Below, piece by piece: positions 61,148-64,000 of a stretch of 64,000 bases of DNA. The notes below the pieces were generated by a model. The model made no database searches. It was not told where the DNA came from and saw only the letters and a list, made by a program, of their open reading frames with translations. Origin of the DNA: an uncultured Candidatus Saccharibacteria bacterium (GTDB taxonomy: Bacteria > Patescibacteriota > Minisyncoccia > Phycocordibacterales > UBA9973); NCBI GenBank assembly GCA_964500465.1, contig CAZCNB010000001.1, forward strand, positions 34,567-98,566, in the 5' to 3' direction. The number at the start of each line of letters is the position of its first letter. Within the stretch, counting starts at the first letter, position 1. Made by a program: the position numbers and the translations under genes.

Positions 61148-61366
61148 GATAAGTATTTATTTGGTGAATTAATTTAAAGTGTCATTTAATTTCATACTAT
61201 AATTTACTCAGTATTTGTCAATTTATATATTTAAAATTTGACAAAAAATATATTTTATTATATTGTAATTTAAAATCTGATATTTGATATTTAGTTTTAT
61301 GGTTCTTAAAGTAGATTATTTAGTCTGTTTTAAGAACTATAAAACTTAAACTACAAAAATCTGATT

Positions 61367-61801
61367 ATGAAAAAAGATGTAAAAAACTTCCTGCTGGGAA
61401 TAAACAATCAATTATCACAACTTGATCTGTCAAAACCACTGACACCTGCACAGGCGAAAGAAGAAGCCATGAGAATTGTTTCGACAATTCCAAACATGGT
61501 GAAAAATTATTTTTTAATGAGGGAACAGATCCAGGTTTCTCCATTTGAAATAACAGTTTATTCCTTATATCAAAAGGAACTGGCAATGAAGGAACCTTTC
61601 GGTGGAGAACCTAAAAATCATTACAAAACCTTTAAAAAGGGTACTGTAGGATATTATCTCTGCCAGTACCTCTATGTCCTGGGATTTTATTTCCGGGTAT
61701 GGTGCGGCAAAATCGATATTTTAATGACATTACTTGGTGGAAGCACCGAGGAAACATTAAACTTTCTTCAACCAATAACCGAAGTAAATATCATTGATTA
61801 A
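61367..61801 (+). CDS. Hypothetical protein
   Basis: 144-aa ORF with upstream TTGACA promoter. Confidence 0.5.
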   Translation: MKKDVKNFLLGINNQLSQLDLSKPLTPAQAKEEAMRIVSTIPNMVKNYFLMREQIQVSPFEITVYSLYQKELAMKEPFGGEPKNHYKTFKKGTVGYYLCQYLYVLGFYFRVWCGKIDILMTLLGGSTEETLNFLQPITEVNIID

Positions 61802-61821
61802 ACCATATAAACCAAGCTGTT

Positions 61822-62262
61822 ATGAAATATGTAAATTGGACACTTTGGGTATCATCTGCCACAATAATACTTATTTTCATTCACCAATTACTGACCAAAA
61901 ACGGAACAAAAAGGCACCGTACAATGGGCTACATTGGAATGGCAGTGGGTGTAATAATATTTATTGTTGTATCAATCAGAGGATTCGCAAACAAAGAAAC
62001 ATTTAACCTGGCTTACGCAGTACATCTGCTTTCGGGTTTTCCTTTCTTTTATTTAATATTCCGTACAGGCTACCTTGGACATAAGGCCAAATATGACTCC
62101 AGGTACGCAAAGCGGCATCGCCGGGTAGCAAAAATTACTGCTATATTACTGGCAATAACACTATTAGTGGGAACAGTGGCAACACTATCCCACAAAAAAA
62201 AGAGTGTAAAAACAGATCAGAACCCCTCTGCTATGCATTGGGGTCTTTTTTATTTTACTTAA
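61822..62262 (+). CDS. Four-TM membrane protein with His residues at helix ends (DUF420/cytochrome b-like)
   Basis: RHRTMG, VHLLSG, RHRRVA. Confidence 0.5.
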   Translation: MKYVNWTLWVSSATIILIFIHQLLTKNGTKRHRTMGYIGMAVGVIIFIVVSIRGFANKETFNLAYAVHLLSGFPFFYLIFRTGYLGHKAKYDSRYAKRHRRVAKITAILLAITLLVGTVATLSHKKKSVKTDQNPSAMHWGLFYFT

Positions 62263-62285
62263 TCTAAATTTGCTAGAATAAAGCA

Positions 62286-63512
62286 ATGAGAGATAACGTC
62301 ACTCAAAATTTATTCCTTCACGCCGATGGAGATTCATTCTTCGTCGCTTGTGAATTAGTTGTAAACCCACAATATAAGGGTTTACCTGTAGTTGTTGGAG
62401 AAGACAGGGGAATAGCTGTAGCTATGAGTTACGAAGCAAAGAAACTCGGTGTAACTCGCGGTATGCCAGTATTTAAGATAAAGAAACAATTCCCACAAGT
62501 TATTATACTTCCGCATCATTTTGACCTATACAGAGAAATTTCAAGTAGTGTTTATGATATTCTTTCGTCCTACTTAGTTGAAGTTGAGCAATACAGTATC
62601 GACGAATGTTTTGCACTGGTAAAGCCTTCTGATATCACACACGCAGGTGGAGCTAATAAACTATTGAAGGATATTAAAAATGAGATTGAAAAGAAACTCG
62701 GAGTAACATTCTCTCTAGGACTTGCACGCACAAAAGCTTTGGCTAAAACTGCTTCGAAATTAGAGAAACCAAATGGCATTGTATTACTTATGAATAATAA
62801 TGACGAAGAGCAGGCTTTAAAAAAGACAGCTATTGAAGATGTTTGGGGTATTGGAAGACGTACCGTACCAAGATTACTTTCAATGGGAATAAAAACTGCA
62901 TATGATTTTGTGCATTACCCAAGTAGTACTATAGAGAAAAACTTTTTCGAACCATTAGTTTTACTACAACAAGAACTTGCAGGTATATCACACTATGACA
63001 TTGATTCGAATCCCGATCCGAGAGATCAGAAATCTATTCAATCAACTGCAACATTTAAACCATCGTCTTCTGATCCAAAGATAATATTTGCGGAACTTTC
63101 AGAAAATGTAGAGCACGCATGTGAACATGCTAGAGAACTTGATCTAATGACAAACTCTGTTTCTTTATTTATTAAAAATACTGAGTTTATACATAGGACA
63201 GGAGATACACATCTATCAGTTTATACATGCGATCCAAGTATAATACTAAACGCAATCGAACCTGTGTTTTACAAAATATTACGAAAAGGGGAAATGATTC
63301 GCTCAACTGGAATAACATTACAAAATTTACGTCGTAGTGAAGACGTACCTCAAGATTTATTTGGTGCACAAAAGAAATCAGAAGCAAAAGATGTAATTGA
63401 AAGAGTAGGGGATTTAATAAGAAAAAAATTTGGCCATAACGCACTTAAACGCGCATCCTCACTAAAGGGACAAGGGAGAAAAAGAGGGAATTCTTTTCCT
63501 GGGACAAGATAA
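62286..63512 (+). CDS. dinB: Y-family DNA polymerase (Pol IV/UmuC-like)
   Basis: HADGDSFF, SYEAKKLGV, YSIDE, LAK.ASKLEKPNG, VWGIG, QDLF clamp-binding motif. Confidence 0.88.
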   Translation: MRDNVTQNLFLHADGDSFFVACELVVNPQYKGLPVVVGEDRGIAVAMSYEAKKLGVTRGMPVFKIKKQFPQVIILPHHFDLYREISSSVYDILSSYLVEVEQYSIDECFALVKPSDITHAGGANKLLKDIKNEIEKKLGVTFSLGLARTKALAKTASKLEKPNGIVLLMNNNDEEQALKKTAIEDVWGIGRRTVPRLLSMGIKTAYDFVHYPSSTIEKNFFEPLVLLQQELAGISHYDIDSNPDPRDQKSIQSTATFKPSSSDPKIIFAELSENVEHACEHARELDLMTNSVSLFIKNTEFIHRTGDTHLSVYTCDPSIILNAIEPVFYKILRKGEMIRSTGITLQNLRRSEDVPQDLFGAQKKSEAKDVIERVGDLIRKKFGHNALKRASSLKGQGRKRGNSFPGTR

Positions 63513-63567
63513 TAATTTGCCAAATGGCTTCCTTTTAAAAAAAATAATTCTATGACATAATAGTTTT

Positions 63568-64000
63568 ATGGAAGGAAATCCGTACGGTTTAGCAGTAAAA
63601 AAGAACCAAATCCCTAAAAAAGAAGAACTTCAGTTGCAACTTAAAGAAATTTTGTCCAAAAAGAAGTTTTTTGATATCCTTAACTCTCAAACTTCAGAAC
63701 TTACAGAAGCAGATTACGAAAAAGTTAAAAATATAAATGAATGGAGAAAAAAATCCAAAAATTCACCTGCAAGGGATTTTTATCGCCTTTTTGAAGAATT
63801 CACTTCGCTTAAATCTGAAAATTTATCGACAGCCAACGAAAAGCTCCTAACAAGCGAGCTTTCAAATTATTTATCAATAGGTGCAAGAAAACTTTCTCCT
63901 CGTAGTTATGACCTTTATCAAGCTATATTGGCCTCATTTGAAAATAAAGATTATAAACCTCACTTTGATATAACTTCAGAAAAAATTAAAGAGCTGGCAG
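63568..64000 (+). CDS. Hypothetical protein, truncated at window end
   Basis: Open frame MEGNPYGLAV... to the end; TGACATAAT 7 nt upstream. Confidence 0.55.
   Translation, partial: MEGNPYGLAVKKNQIPKKEELQLQLKEILSKKKFFDILNSQTSELTEADYEKVKNINEWRKKSKNSPARDFYRLFEEFTSLKSENLSTANEKLLTSELSNYLSIGARKLSPRSYDLYQAILASFENKDYKPHFDITSEKIKELA

Noticed and set aside
62200-62285. SOS box expected before the Y-family polymerase
   Set aside because: No GAAC-N4-GTTC found; only a terminator-like hairpin and an extended -10

Overview
AT-rich bacterial chromosome segment. Gene content and style suggest a Patescibacteria/CPR (Parcubacteria-like) genome; this is inference from archaeal-type AspRS plus GatB, a shortened RF1, split transketolase and near absence of Shine-Dalgarno motifs. 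Most genes are housekeeping: dnaK/dnaJ, cysS, trpS, aspS, gltX, gatB, dnaB, recR, scpAB, mraY-ftsW-murG, a pentose-phosphate/glycolysis cluster, the full F1Fo ATP synthase operon, lexA, dinB, tRNA-Leu(UAA) and tRNA-Ile(GAU). Accessory content includes a polyamine cluster and a run of small redox/membrane genes. The strongest unexplained signals are non-coding. (1) An Asp-specifier T-box riboswitch before aspS joins an actinobacterial-style ultrashort Stem I to a transcription terminator. (2) A classical-looking leader-peptide attenuator with three Pro codons precedes ornithine cyclodeaminase, which makes proline. (3) A structured element duplicates the tRNA-Leu 5' end. Also seen: a candidate orphan sRNA, several tiny basic ORFs with their own promoters and terminators, and pervasive leaderless-type promoters. 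No CRISPR array, rRNA, transposase or integrase was seen. All calls come from reading the sequence by eye; no searches were run.
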